Shown piece after piece: positions 8,368 through 18,391 of a stretch of DNA of 64,000 nt (the first letter of the stretch is position 1; each line of letters opens with the position of its first letter). The stretch comes from a virus. Lineage: Duplodnaviria > Caudoviricetes. The stretch is taken from the IMG/VR virus record IMGVR_UViG_3300037183_000141, positions 12,464 through 76,463 of that record. The stretch is one strand, 5' to 3'. The position numbers were made by a program, and so were the translations under genes. The notes beneath the pieces are model-generated. The model was given only the letters and a program-made list of their open reading frames with translations, made no database searches and was not told the origin of the DNA.

Positions 8368-10587
8368 TCAGGCCGTGGCTTCCGTCCGGAGGGAGGCGGA
8401 TATCAGCGCCCCGAGGTCCGAGTTCCGGACGGTCTCCCGCTCGTTGGCCGCGGCGTATGTGAAGGCCGTAGGGTCCCCGAAGAGGAAAACTTTCTTCTTG
8501 GCGCGCGTTATGGCCGTATACACCAGGTTCCGATAGAGCATGATGCCGTATTGCATCGTCATCGGCATGATCACGTAGTCGAACTCCTGTCCCTGGACCT
8601 TATGGGTGGTGCAGGCATAAGCCACGTTCATGGCGGACTTGCACTCCTCGACCTTGAACGTGAAGACCTTGTCGACGTACCTCGGAATGGACGACTCCTG
8701 GTCGAACCAGTTGAAGACACGGACGTCGACCTGGTCGTCCTTCAGGGAGATACGCTGGACCTTCCCGACGTCCCCGTTGAAAATAGCGCGCTCGTAGTCG
8801 TTCCGGACCAGCATGACGCGGTCGCCCTCATAGAGATCGCAGGAGCCGTGCTTTATTTTGGCGGCGCGGCCGGATATGAACTCAGGGTTCAGGACCTCCC
8901 GGAGGCGCCTATTGAGGGTGTTGACGCCCAGGTCCCCATCATACTTCGGCGCTATGACCTGGAAGTTCGATCCCTTCTCGAGCATGAGCTTGGTGAGGGT
9001 GCAGATCTCGTCCACGACGTCCGACTGCTTGTAGTTCAGGAAGACGAACTGGGAGCCCGCCGGGCGCTCGATGTCGATGCGCTTCCCAGCCAGTATATCG
9101 TGGGCGATGGTAATGATGTCCGACTGCTGCTCCTGGCGGTAGATTTTCGTCAGGGCGACGTGCGGGACGTCCAGGCACTCCATGAGCGCGTTCAGGACAA
9201 AGCCGGCGCCGACCGACGGGAGTTGGGCTCGGTCCCCGACCAGGATGAGGATGGTAGCCGGCGAGAGAGCCGAGATGAGGCGGTAGAAGGTCTCGCCATC
9301 CACCATGGACATCTCGTCGACAATGACGGCGTCGGCATAGAACTTATTGGAGGAGCAGAACTCCCAGCCGCCGTCCTGCTTATAACCGAGGGCCCGGTGA
9401 ATGGTCGAGGCGGGCTTTCCCGTAACCTGGGAGAGGCGTTTGGCGGCGATGCCGGTCGGAGAAAGAAGATAATAGTCCAGATTGTTCACGTCGAACAGGT
9501 GGACGAAGGCCGAGATGAGGGTGGTCTTGCCGGTCCCGGGGTAGCCGGAGACGACGCAGAGTCTGGAGGCGGCCAAGAGCATGAAAGAGCCGCGCTGCTC
9601 CGGGGACAGCTCAATGCCGCGAGACTTCTCGTAGTCGGCCAGGATGACGGCCAGATCCCCGAGGTTCTTCGGGCCATTCTCCAAGAACATGGAGACGGCG
9701 GAGGCGGCGGAGGACTCGTGCTCCCAGTTTTCACGGAGGTAGAGCTTAGTCCCGTCGGAGACAATGGACCCGGAACGCTTGAGCTCTATGAGGGCCGGAT
9801 AGTACGCGGACTCCGCGATATAATCGCCGTGCGAGAAATGGTCGAGACCATGCCGGAAGAGCCTCTTCGAGTGCTTCAGGATCTGGTCGGAGGTCACGAA
9901 CATGTGGCCCTCCGAGTGGGAGAGGTCCGACATGCAGTACTGGATCATAGCCAGCACGCGGCGCGGGTCGTCCCTCCCGATCCCGAGCTTCCGGGCGGCG
10001 TTGTCGGCTGAAGGGAAGCCGATGCCGGGACACTCGTACAGACAGTAGGCGTTCTCCTTGACCATGGAGGTCGTGGCCGCGCCGAACTTCGTGTAGGCCG
10101 ACCGAACCTGAAAGGAGGTGAGCCCAAGGTCGGTCAGGAATATGGAGACCGAGCGCTGCTCGGACGACTTCTTCCACTCCTCGACGATCGACTCTATCTG
10201 CTTTCCGGTGAGGAAGTCGCATTCCGAGAGGCGCTCCGGGGAGCTCTCGAGCACGTCGATGAGACCGTCGCCGAAGTGGCCGTAGAGCTTTCCGGCCGTC
10301 ACCGGGCCGATGGAGTTGACGTTGCTCACCAGATAAGTGATGACGCCGTTCCGGCCCTTCTCGACCAAGATCTCGCAGGAGCGGGCGGACAGCTGCTTTC
10401 CCCACTTCGGATGGTCCACCCAGTCGCCGGAAAACTTCGCCCTGATGCCCTCAGCTATCGGGAAGCCAGGAAAGTTTCCGCAGACGACCGCCTTGCCGCC
10501 GCCGTCGACGGCGATGCGTAGGGCATAGTACGCCGTCCCCTTATTGGCGAAGAGAAGCCCGCTGATTTTTCCTACGACGTCTTGCAC
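8368..10587 (-). CDS. recD2: RecD2-like ATP-dependent helicase
   Basis: N-terminal OB and HhH region, GYPGTGKT, VIVDEMSM, LVGDRAQLPSVGAG, AYACTTHKVQGQEF, YTAITRAK. Confidence 0.92.
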   Translation of the reverse strand: MQDVVGKISGLLFANKGTAYYALRIAVDGGGKAVVCGNFPGFPIAEGIRAKFSGDWVDHPKWGKQLSARSCEILVEKGRNGVITYLVSNVNSIGPVTAGKLYGHFGDGLIDVLESSPERLSECDFLTGKQIESIVEEWKKSSEQRSVSIFLTDLGLTSFQVRSAYTKFGAATTSMVKENAYCLYECPGIGFPSADNAARKLGIGRDDPRRVLAMIQYCMSDLSHSEGHMFVTSDQILKHSKRLFRHGLDHFSHGDYIAESAYYPALIELKRSGSIVSDGTKLYLRENWEHESSAASAVSMFLENGPKNLGDLAVILADYEKSRGIELSPEQRGSFMLLAASRLCVVSGYPGTGKTTLISAFVHLFDVNNLDYYLLSPTGIAAKRLSQVTGKPASTIHRALGYKQDGGWEFCSSNKFYADAVIVDEMSMVDGETFYRLISALSPATILILVGDRAQLPSVGAGFVLNALMECLDVPHVALTKIYRQEQQSDIITIAHDILAGKRIDIERPAGSQFVFLNYKQSDVVDEICTLTKLMLEKGSNFQVIAPKYDGDLGVNTLNRRLREVLNPEFISGRAAKIKHGSCDLYEGDRVMLVRNDYERAIFNGDVGKVQRISLKDDQVDVRVFNWFDQESSIPRYVDKVFTFKVEECKSAMNVAYACTTHKVQGQEFDYVIMPMTMQYGIMLYRNLVYTAITRAKKKVFLFGDPTAFTYAAANERETVRNSDLGALISASLRTEATA

Positions 10588-11015
10588 TTGCCCGGGGACA
10601 GTACATTAGAACCCGGTGAGGCCATCACCCCGGACTCGCCAGTCCTGTTTTCAAGGACATGATCAAAGCCTCGGGAAATGATCTCGGCGAGGACCGAATG
10701 TCCGATGGGCGCCGAAAAGCCGTAGCTCGGAAGCTTTTCGCGAGCGATCTTCAGGACCTTGGTCGCAAACCAAGTCCGGAGTATAGGCCACTCGGGGGCG
10801 CGACGGCAGTAGTCGGCGGAGGCCTTCACCGGCGCCTCGGCGGCCTTCAGGAGGGCTTCTTCGGCCTCCATGCATGGATGCTCAGGATCGTCCAGATGAC
10901 GGGCCAGAAGGGCGTGGCGGACCAGTCGGTCCGCATAGGTTTCCATGACTTCGGGAGCGAAGGGCTGCTTGGGCATATTGGGACCGTTAGCAATGTACGT
11001 GCCGGTAGTATCCAT
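10572..11015 (-). CDS. Hypothetical protein
   Basis: 147 aa between ligase C-half and recD2. Confidence 0.5.
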   Translation of the reverse strand: MDTTGTYIANGPNMPKQPFAPEVMETYADRLVRHALLARHLDDPEHPCMEAEEALLKAAEAPVKASADYCRRAPEWPILRTWFATKVLKIAREKLPSYGFSAPIGHSVLAEIISRGFDHVLENRTGESGVMASPGSNVLSPGKCKTS

Positions 11016-11127
11016 TTACGGGCCGGAGCCCGAGAAGGCTTGGAGGACCAAGAGAACCCTGGAGAATGTGGCGTGACTTTCTTGCAGCCACGCGGCGGGA
11101 CGGCGCTAAAAAAGCTCGCAGCCTCTT

Positions 11128-11931
11128 CTAAGAGGACTTCCCGTCCAGGAGCGCGACAAGGTCGGCCTCGGATATGACGGGAACGCCGTGCTTCTTGGCC
11201 GCGACCATCTTGCTGGTGGTGGCGTCCGGATAGTTCGTGACGAGGTATGACGTGGTCTTCGAGACAGACCCCTTCGGGATCCCGCCGGCGTCCATGATCC
11301 GCTTCTCCAGCGCCTTGCGCGGGACCGAGGTCGCCTCGGTGATGCATACTGTCTTGCCGACGAGGGGTCCGACCGCTATCGGCGCCTTCAGGGAAACGAC
11401 GGTCAGGACGTCCAGGAGGACGTCCCGCTTAGACAGGAGGCCTTCCTGGATCTGCCGAGCGGTGATGTCGCCAACGTTCTGGACGGACTTCAGGGCCTCG
11501 AAGTCGGCGGAGAGCATCTTCTCAGCGGTGTCGATACCGCCCTGGACCAGGTCGGTGGCCGTCGAGAGGCCGAAGTTCGGGATGTTCAGGGACGAGACCA
11601 CGAGCTCGAGAGGGAGCTCTTTGTTCCCGTGCAGGGCGGCGTGACACTTCGCCGCCATCTTCATGCCGGAGCAATGGAGGGCCCAGTCCTCGACGGAAAG
11701 GCGGTAGAGGTCGGCTATTGAGCCGATGGCCGGAGGGTCGCCGGCAGTCAGGGAGTCGATGGTGGCCTCCCCGATATGCAGGAGTCCAAGGTTGCGGACC
11801 CAGACCTTCACGGAGCCGGACAGCCGGGACGGGCAAGACTCGCTGACGCAGTAGAGAAAGTCGCCGCGCTCGGCGGTCGGGCCGGAGCAAACGGGACAAA
11901 GGGTCGGTATCTCGAAAAGGTCTTCCGCCAT
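11128..11931 (-). CDS. ligA: NAD-dependent DNA ligase, C-terminal half (Zn finger, HhH, BRCT)
   Basis: IPTLCPVCSG..YCVSESC, GLLHIGEA, HhH repeats, BRCT GKTVCITE..GSVSKTTSYLV. Confidence 0.9.
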   Translation of the reverse strand: MAEDLFEIPTLCPVCSGPTAERGDFLYCVSESCPSRLSGSVKVWVRNLGLLHIGEATIDSLTAGDPPAIGSIADLYRLSVEDWALHCSGMKMAAKCHAALHGNKELPLELVVSSLNIPNFGLSTATDLVQGGIDTAEKMLSADFEALKSVQNVGDITARQIQEGLLSKRDVLLDVLTVVSLKAPIAVGPLVGKTVCITEATSVPRKALEKRIMDAGGIPKGSVSKTTSYLVTNYPDATTSKMVAAKKHGVPVISEADLVALLDGKSS

Positions 11932-11952
11932 TGCGGAAAGTACGCCGGGAGA

Positions 11953-12546
11953 CTACTTCTGCTGTCCCTGACCCTGCTCGTCGTCGCCCTTCTTCTCGTC
12001 TTTCTTCTCGTCCTCGTCGAAGCCCTTGAACTCTTCATCATCGCCCTCGAGGTTGAGCTCGGTGTCGAAGTCGCCCTCGGGACGCTTGAACTCGGCCGGG
12101 ATGGCGGGAGGAGGGGTCCCGGGAGGGGCGCCGCCGCCGGAGCCGCCGCCGCCGGAGCCGCCGCCGAACTGCTTTTCCTTCATCATTGAGGCGTCGCCCT
12201 CGTGGAAGGCCTTCATGAACGTCGAAAGACGCTCACCAAGATCGAGGACGACCGACGAAATCTTCTCGAGCTCGGAGAGCTCGCCACCAATGAAGTCGCC
12301 CTGAAGGCGTGCGAGCTTCGAATAGAGGACGTGAGTGTCTTTGAGAACGTCCGCGATATAGGAGTTGACCCTCTGCCAGTCCGCGTCGTGCTCCGACGGC
12401 TGCTGCGGCTCCTCACCGAAGGCTAGGACCGGGCTTCCGGCGATCTCCGCGGCGATTCGGGAGAAGCTGGTCGGCCGACGGGGGAGGTCACCCGAGAGCT
12501 TGGCCGACATGGCGGCAGCCTGCGTCTGAAAGCTTGATATGCTCAT
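11953..12546 (-). CDS. Hypothetical protein with Gly/Pro linker and acidic tail
   Basis: Likely ATG at 12546 (MSISSFQ); helical N-domain, GGGSGGGGS/PPGTPPP linker, D/E/K/Q tail. Confidence 0.6.
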   Translation of the reverse strand: MSISSFQTQAAAMSAKLSGDLPRRPTSFSRIAAEIAGSPVLAFGEEPQQPSEHDADWQRVNSYIADVLKDTHVLYSKLARLQGDFIGGELSELEKISSVVLDLGERLSTFMKAFHEGDASMMKEKQFGGGSGGGGSGGGAPPGTPPPAIPAEFKRPEGDFDTELNLEGDDEEFKGFDEDEKKDEKKGDDEQGQGQQK

Positions 12547-12593
12547 GGGGCTAGGGACTATCAGACACCAAAGGCCTAAGTGTAAAGGCAGAG

Positions 12594-12959
12594 ATGAGCG
12601 ATGGCATGAGCGACGGATATAGGGAAAGCCTCGAGGAGCGCGCCCGACAGTGGAAGCTGGCCAACTACGGAATGGAAGCCTGCTACACCTGCGGGAAGAA
12701 GGGCCAACTGCTGAGCACAGACCCATATTCCTTCGAAAAGTACAAGCACGTGGACCACCTCTCTGGCGAGGTCCCGGTAAGGGTCAAGTTCTGCTCCCAA
12801 CAGTGCCTGGACTCGAACAACGCGATGTTGGGGATGGTGAAGGCCTTGGAAGCCTTCATCGGGGAGGCGTCGGTCCACGCCTTCTCCCCGGCCCTGCGGG
12901 TGACGGCCAGGAAGCTGGTAGAGGACGTATTGAGGAAGTCGAGGAGGCCGAATGTCTGA
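12594..12959 (+). CDS. Small Zn-binding protein (TRASH/MYM-like CxxC..FCSxxC)
   Basis: CYTCG and FCSQQC; overlaps the ligase N-half start. Confidence 0.55.
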   Translation: MSDGMSDGYRESLEERARQWKLANYGMEACYTCGKKGQLLSTDPYSFEKYKHVDHLSGEVPVRVKFCSQQCLDSNNAMLGMVKALEAFIGEASVHAFSPALRVTARKLVEDVLRKSRRPNV

Positions 12960-14181
12960 CTATGCGAAGAACTCGAAGGGCGAATGCGTCCACTGCAAGG
13001 ACACAGGAACACACGGTGACGAGTTCACGGGCGGAGAAAGCTATTGTTCCGGGTGTCCGAACGGCGAGGCCGCGAAGCTCCGGGATGAGCTAAAGGTCCT
13101 CCGGGAGGCCTACTACAACCTCGAGCCGAAGGCGTCGGACGCCGTCTACGACGCGAAGCTGGCGAGGCTCAGGGAGCTCTCCCCGAACGACTTCGAGGTC
13201 AAGGCTGTGGGTGCCTCCGTCCCGAGGCTGTCGGTCTGGGAGAAGGTCCAGCACAAGATCCCGATGGGCTCGCTGTCCAAGGTGAACTCGGAGGCCGAGC
13301 TCCGCGAGTGGGCCGCCAGGGTCGGGGCGAGGACAAAGATCGGGGACCTTCAGACCGAGTTTCTCTTCACGTACAAGATAGACGGGTCGAGCATGGAGCT
13401 CGTCTACGAGGGCGGAAAGCTGGTCCGGTGCGTCACTCGCGGGGACGGAGTCGTCGGAGAGGACGTCACCGAGAACGTCCGGAAGATCCCGGACGTCCCG
13501 GCGACCATCCCGATCACAGAGGAGGTTACGGTCCGCGGGGAGGTCGTGATGACCAAGGAGGTGTTCGAGCGCGTCTACGCCGCCGAGTACGCGAACCCGC
13601 GGAACACGGCGAACGGGAAGGTCCGGGAGAAGAAGGGCGGAGGGGAGGACTGCCGGAACATGCAATTCATCGCCTACACGCTGATGTCGGACACGGCCCC
13701 GAACAAGGAGGCACTCCGGTTCAAGATCCTGGAAAAAATGAAGTTCACGGTCCCATTCTGGCAGGTCGTGACCCTGGACGAGGTGCAAAAGCTCCAGGAG
13801 AGGCTGGCCGCGGGAGAAAGGGAGAAGATCCCGTACGAGATCGACGGGACGGTCATCCGCCTGAACGACATAGCGAAACAGGAAGAGCTCGGCGACCTGA
13901 ACATGCGCCCGCGGGGCCAGATAGCCTACAAGTTCGAGGCGGCCACGGGCGTCACGACGGTCGAGGACATAAAATGGCAGGTCGGGAACTCGGGGCGCGT
14001 GACGCCGGTAGCGAGCGTGGCCCCCGTGAACATCGGCGGGGTGACGATCACAAGCATCTCGCTCCACAACCTGTCGATGTTCCGGAAGCTGGCCCTATGC
14101 CCGGGCGACGAGGTCCTCGTCGAGCGATCTAACGACGTGATCCCGTACTTGAGGAAGAACCTTTCCCGCCCGGGAACTTGA
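12952..14181 (+). CDS. ligA: NAD-dependent DNA ligase, N-terminal half (Ia, adenylation and OB domains)
   Basis: AYYN..SDAVYD, HKIPMGSLSK, KIDG, TRGDG, EVRGEV, NPRN, DGTVI, WQVGNSGRVTP, RSNDVIP, then a stop. Confidence 0.92.
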   Translation: MSDYAKNSKGECVHCKDTGTHGDEFTGGESYCSGCPNGEAAKLRDELKVLREAYYNLEPKASDAVYDAKLARLRELSPNDFEVKAVGASVPRLSVWEKVQHKIPMGSLSKVNSEAELREWAARVGARTKIGDLQTEFLFTYKIDGSSMELVYEGGKLVRCVTRGDGVVGEDVTENVRKIPDVPATIPITEEVTVRGEVVMTKEVFERVYAAEYANPRNTANGKVREKKGGGEDCRNMQFIAYTLMSDTAPNKEALRFKILEKMKFTVPFWQVVTLDEVQKLQERLAAGEREKIPYEIDGTVIRLNDIAKQEELGDLNMRPRGQIAYKFEAATGVTTVEDIKWQVGNSGRVTPVASVAPVNIGGVTITSISLHNLSMFRKLALCPGDEVLVERSNDVIPYLRKNLSRPGT

Positions 14182-14947
14182 TCTTATACTGCATGCAGGG
14201 AATCTGAGATACGGTAGATTCAACAAGTTGCATAAAACATGGGACCTCAGGCCTTGAGAGTGAGATGACGGGACCATGTTTACTCTCTTGGACAAAGCTA
14301 GTGAAACCGAAATTTTGTAGCTTCGAACGTAAGAGATTGATCTCATTGAGAGAAAAAGAATAAGTCGAAAAACGGACGACGACTGAATTTCCGACGAAAC
14401 AGGATGTTCCGTCATCCATGAACCAATAAGCAAGAGCAGCCGGAGTTAGGTATAAAATCCATTTAGCGGTAACAGTTTTCTTCCGTTCAACCATGACGTG
14501 ATCCCAAATGTCACCTAAGGCCCCCTTGTTTCGGTAGGCAAATCGGTGAACAGGATTTCCGATCTTATATCCACTATCCTGGATACGGGTATATATGTTC
14601 CCCATCGGAAGAATGGATTTCATATGTTCGACGTATCCGAACTGCGCATCACAATGCGAGTTTGAGAACACAATCGTGTATTTCGGCCCATTTCCCTCCG
14701 GAGCAGCCGGCCCGTATGAGGAAAGGCTGGAATCACCAAGGAGTGATCCATAAATAAGGTCCCTCTGGGCCTGAGAAAGAATATGTTTATTAGCTTCCAT
14801 CCTACGGAAGCTGGAAAGACGGGCAGCCTCTCCTGCGAGGCGAGATCGCCCACGAAGAGCGACCTTTATATCTCTCCAGGCATAACCCGCGTTATGGATA
14901 TCTTTTTGAGATAATCCGGAAGCGTATAAAGATATGATCTTCTCCAT
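14129..14947 (-). CDS. Free-standing LAGLIDADG homing endonuclease
   Basis: LIYGSLLGDSSL and ALAYWFMDDG; AT-richer than flanks; directly downstream of nrdB. Confidence 0.85.
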   Translation of the reverse strand: MEKIISLYASGLSQKDIHNAGYAWRDIKVALRGRSRLAGEAARLSSFRRMEANKHILSQAQRDLIYGSLLGDSSLSSYGPAAPEGNGPKYTIVFSNSHCDAQFGYVEHMKSILPMGNIYTRIQDSGYKIGNPVHRFAYRNKGALGDIWDHVMVERKKTVTAKWILYLTPAALAYWFMDDGTSCFVGNSVVVRFSTYSFSLNEINLLRSKLQNFGFTSFVQESKHGPVISLSRPEVPCFMQLVESTVSQIPCMQYKIKFPGGKGSSSSTGSRR

Positions 14948-14983
14948 GTTCCGAGATACGGAACAAGAGTCTAACACCTTTAT

Positions 14984-16006
14984 TCAGAACTCGTCGTTCA
15001 GCGAGATCGCGCCCTCGACGCCCATCTGATAAGCTGACGGGCGCCGCTCGAAGAAGTTCGTGACCTCCTGGACGTCCTGCGAGTCGAGGAAGGAGAACGG
15101 GTTCTTGGAGCCGAAGCGGCGGGGAAGCTCGAGGCTCGAGAGGCGCTGGTCGGCGCAGTACTCGAGGTAACGGCGGACGTCGCCGGTCGACAGGCCGATG
15201 ACGCCGCCGGAGAGCATATCCTCGGCGAACTGCGTCTCACAGGCCACGGCCTCCTCGAGCATCGTGACGACGTCCTTGGCCAAGACGGAGTCGAAGAGAC
15301 CCGGGTCCTCCCGACGGACCGTGTTCACGATCTGGAAGGCGAAGTTCATGTGCATGGACTCGTCCCGGAATACCCAGTTGGTCCCGGAAGCGAGGCCCTG
15401 CAGCAGGCCCCGCGAGCGAAGGAAGTAGACGTAGGCGAAGGCGCCGAAGAAGAACAGGCCCTCAATGCAGGAGGCGAAGCAGATGAGGTTGAGAAGGAAC
15501 TGCTTACGGTCCCCCTTGGTCCTCAGCTTGTCGATCTCGCTGATCGAGTTCAGCCACTTCATGCAGAAGTCCGCCTTATGGCGGATGGAGGGAATATTCT
15601 CGACCGCCGAGAAAGCATCATTCCGGGCCTTCGGGTCCGGCACGTACGTGTCGAGGAGGGTTAGGTAGAACTGGACGTGGAGGGCCTCCTCATACAGCTG
15701 CCTCGACAGGTACATCCTGGCCTCGGGGGCGTTGATGTGCTTGTAGAGGTTTAGGACCAGGTTGTTCGAGACTATCGAGTCCCCCGTGGCGAAGAAGGCG
15801 ACGAGCCGGTTCACCAGGTGGCGCTCCGAGTCCGTCATCTTGTGCGCCAGATCCTGGACGTCGGTGGAGAAGTCGACCTCCTCCACCGTCCACGTGTTCT
15901 TCACCGCGTTGCGGTACATGTCGAAGAACTCGGGGTAGACCATGGGCCTCAGCGTGAGGCAGAGGCCGGGGTCCAGGATGTTCGAGGGACGGGATATCAG
16001 GCTCAT
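14984..16006 (-). CDS. nrdB: Class Ia ribonucleotide reductase beta subunit
   Basis: WTVEEVDFSTD, FFATGDSIV, QLYEEALHVQFY, IEGLFFFGAF, FRDESMH. Confidence 0.95.
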   Translation of the reverse strand: MSLISRPSNILDPGLCLTLRPMVYPEFFDMYRNAVKNTWTVEEVDFSTDVQDLAHKMTDSERHLVNRLVAFFATGDSIVSNNLVLNLYKHINAPEARMYLSRQLYEEALHVQFYLTLLDTYVPDPKARNDAFSAVENIPSIRHKADFCMKWLNSISEIDKLRTKGDRKQFLLNLICFASCIEGLFFFGAFAYVYFLRSRGLLQGLASGTNWVFRDESMHMNFAFQIVNTVRREDPGLFDSVLAKDVVTMLEEAVACETQFAEDMLSGGVIGLSTGDVRRYLEYCADQRLSSLELPRRFGSKNPFSFLDSQDVQEVTNFFERRPSAYQMGVEGAISLNDEF

Positions 16007-18387
16007 TGGCAGGATTCACAAGACTCAGGGTTCTCGAGGGAGCAGACGACGGCGGCGAGGGCTGCCTCGTCAGACTGTGGCATGGTGGACTTGGTCTCGA
16101 CGGTCGCCTTCGCGATCTTCGTGGCCGGACGGGACCTCAGGTAGTAGGTCGTCTTGAGCCGCTTCTGCCAAGCATAGTTGTACATCGAGGACAGAGGCCC
16201 GATGTTAGGGCTCTCTACAAAGAGATTCAGGGACTGACTCTGATCGATGAACGCGCCGCGGTCCGCGGCCATGTCTATGAGCGAACGCATCGACATCTCC
16301 CAGGCGGTCCGGTAGACCAGCTTTAGGCCCGAGGGGAGCTCGTCCATGGCCTGGACGGAGCCCTCGGACAGCTTCAGACGGGACCTGGTTGCCTCGTTCC
16401 AGAGGCCGAGGTCCTTCAGGTCGTTGACGAGATATTTGTTGACCTGAATGAAGTCCCCGGACATCGTCTCCCTCTTAAAGAGGTTGGATACCTGGGGCTC
16501 GATGCACTCGTAGCAGCCGAGGATGGAGGCGATGGTGGCCGTGGGGGCTATGGCGATGAGCAGGGAGTTCCGGAGGCCGGAGGCCTTGATGCGGGCCTTG
16601 AGGTCGTTCCAGCGAGTGCCCTCGGGAACCACGCCCCAGGCGTCGAACTGGAGCTCGCCGCGGGCGGCGCGCGTCTCCGAGAACCCGGGATGGGCGCCCT
16701 TCTCCTCGGCGAGCTCGACGCTCGCCGTGATGGCGCCGTAGTAAATCTCCTCCGAGATCTTCTTGGAGATCTGGCGTGCCTCCGGGCAGTCGAAAGGGAT
16801 CCGCATCTGAAAGAAGACGTCCTGAAGGCCCATCATGCCGAGGCCGACGGGGCGCCACTTCATGTTCGACGACCTCGCCGTGGGGATCGTGTAGTAGTTG
16901 ATGTCGATGACGCGGTCGAGCTGACGGACCGCGGCGCGGACAGTCTTCGCGAGCTTCAGGTAGTCGAACATCGGCTTGCCGGCGACGTCCATCATGTGGC
17001 GGCCGACGTTGATAGAGCCCAGGTTGCAAACGGCCGTCTCGTCGTCCGACGACAGCTCGAGGATCTCGGTGCAGAGGTTCGAGAGATGGACGGTGCGGCC
17101 GGGGAGGGCCGTCTGGTTGCAGGCGAGGTTCGACTTGTCCTTGAAGCACATCCAACCATTGCCGGTCTGGGCGAGCGTGCGGACCATGCGGGTATATAGA
17201 GCCTGGGCCTTGACGACCTTGACCGCGCGGCCGGAGGCCTCGGCGGCCTCGTAGGCGACCTGAAAGTCGTCGCCGTAGAGGTCGGTCAGGGCGGGGAACT
17301 CCTTCGGGTCGAAGAGGCTCCAGTCCTGGTTAGCGTTGACGCGCTCCATGAACAGATCGGGGATCCAGTTTGCGATGTTCAGGTTATGCGTGCGGCGGGC
17401 CTCGTCGCCGGTGTTATCGCGAAGCTCGAGGAACTCCTCGACGTCCGAGTGCCAGGTTTCAAGGTAGACGCAGCAGGCGCCCTTCCTCTTGCTGCCCTGA
17501 GACACGGCGGCGACAGACGCGTCGAGGGTCTTAAGCCATGGGACGATGCCGTTCGACCTGCCGTTGGTTCCCTTGATGTGCGAGCCGCGCGAGCGGACCC
17601 TGGAGTACGAAATGCCGATGCCGCCGGAGAACTTCGAGAGGCGGGCGACGTCCGCATACTTATTGTAGATCGCCTCGAGCGAGTCCTGGGGCGAGTCGAG
17701 GAGGAAGCAGCTGGAGAGCTGCTCATGGCGGGTCCCGGCGTTGAAGAGGGTCGGGGAGCTCGGGACGTACTCGAAGGACGAGAAAGACGTATAGAGCTCG
17801 ATGGCCTCGGCCACGGTCTCGGACAGGGCGCACGCGATGCGCATGAAGAACTGTTGGGGGGTCTCGAGCGCCATACGGGTCTTCGGGTGCTTCAGGAGAT
17901 AGCGGTCGTAGACCGTCTGCAGGCCGAAGTAGTCGAAGTTGTCGTCGCGGTGCGTCCGGATGGCGTCGTCGAGCTTGCGGGAGTTCGCGCTCACGAAGGA
18001 CTGGAGACGCTCGTTCGCCATGTCAAGGGAGGCCACCATCAACACGGACTGAGAGAACGTCTGGATGCCCTGACCGCGGACCTCCTTGCTCATATACTCG
18101 GAGAGGAGGCGGGCGGCGAGCTTGGCATACTGGGGGTCCTCGACGGTGAGGGAGGCTGCCGTCTGTATGGAGAGCATATCGAGCTCGCGGGATGAGGTCC
18201 CGTCGAAAACGCCGTTTATCGTCTTAGAGGCGACGCGCATCGGGTCAACGTCCGGCAGGCCGTCGCAGCAGCGACGGACGGCCTTGATTATCTTGTTGAT
18301 GTCGGTTGGCTCGAGGGTCCCGTTCCTCTTCCTCACGCGTATCACGGGCTCCGGAGGCGGGGGAGCACTCAGGACAGCGGACATCAT
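16003..18387 (-). CDS. nrdA: Class Ia ribonucleotide reductase alpha subunit with ATP cone
   Basis: VRKRNG ATP cone, SPTLFNAG, LSSCFLL, SNLCTEI, AVCNLGS, IAPTATI, C-terminal CESCQ. Probable start at 18387, just after the holA stop. Confidence 0.95.
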   Translation of the reverse strand: MMSAVLSAPPPPEPVIRVRKRNGTLEPTDINKIIKAVRRCCDGLPDVDPMRVASKTINGVFDGTSSRELDMLSIQTAASLTVEDPQYAKLAARLLSEYMSKEVRGQGIQTFSQSVLMVASLDMANERLQSFVSANSRKLDDAIRTHRDDNFDYFGLQTVYDRYLLKHPKTRMALETPQQFFMRIACALSETVAEAIELYTSFSSFEYVPSSPTLFNAGTRHEQLSSCFLLDSPQDSLEAIYNKYADVARLSKFSGGIGISYSRVRSRGSHIKGTNGRSNGIVPWLKTLDASVAAVSQGSKRKGACCVYLETWHSDVEEFLELRDNTGDEARRTHNLNIANWIPDLFMERVNANQDWSLFDPKEFPALTDLYGDDFQVAYEAAEASGRAVKVVKAQALYTRMVRTLAQTGNGWMCFKDKSNLACNQTALPGRTVHLSNLCTEILELSSDDETAVCNLGSINVGRHMMDVAGKPMFDYLKLAKTVRAAVRQLDRVIDINYYTIPTARSSNMKWRPVGLGMMGLQDVFFQMRIPFDCPEARQISKKISEEIYYGAITASVELAEEKGAHPGFSETRAARGELQFDAWGVVPEGTRWNDLKARIKASGLRNSLLIAIAPTATIASILGCYECIEPQVSNLFKRETMSGDFIQVNKYLVNDLKDLGLWNEATRSRLKLSEGSVQAMDELPSGLKLVYRTAWEMSMRSLIDMAADRGAFIDQSQSLNLFVESPNIGPLSSMYNYAWQKRLKTTYYLRSRPATKIAKATVETKSTMPQSDEAALAAVVCSLENPESCESCQ

Positions 18388-18391
18388 GACA

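Noticed and set aside
11128-14181. Split intein joining the ligase halves
   Set aside because: Neither half has intein N-terminal (C/S-start block A) or C-terminal (HN + C/S/T) motifs
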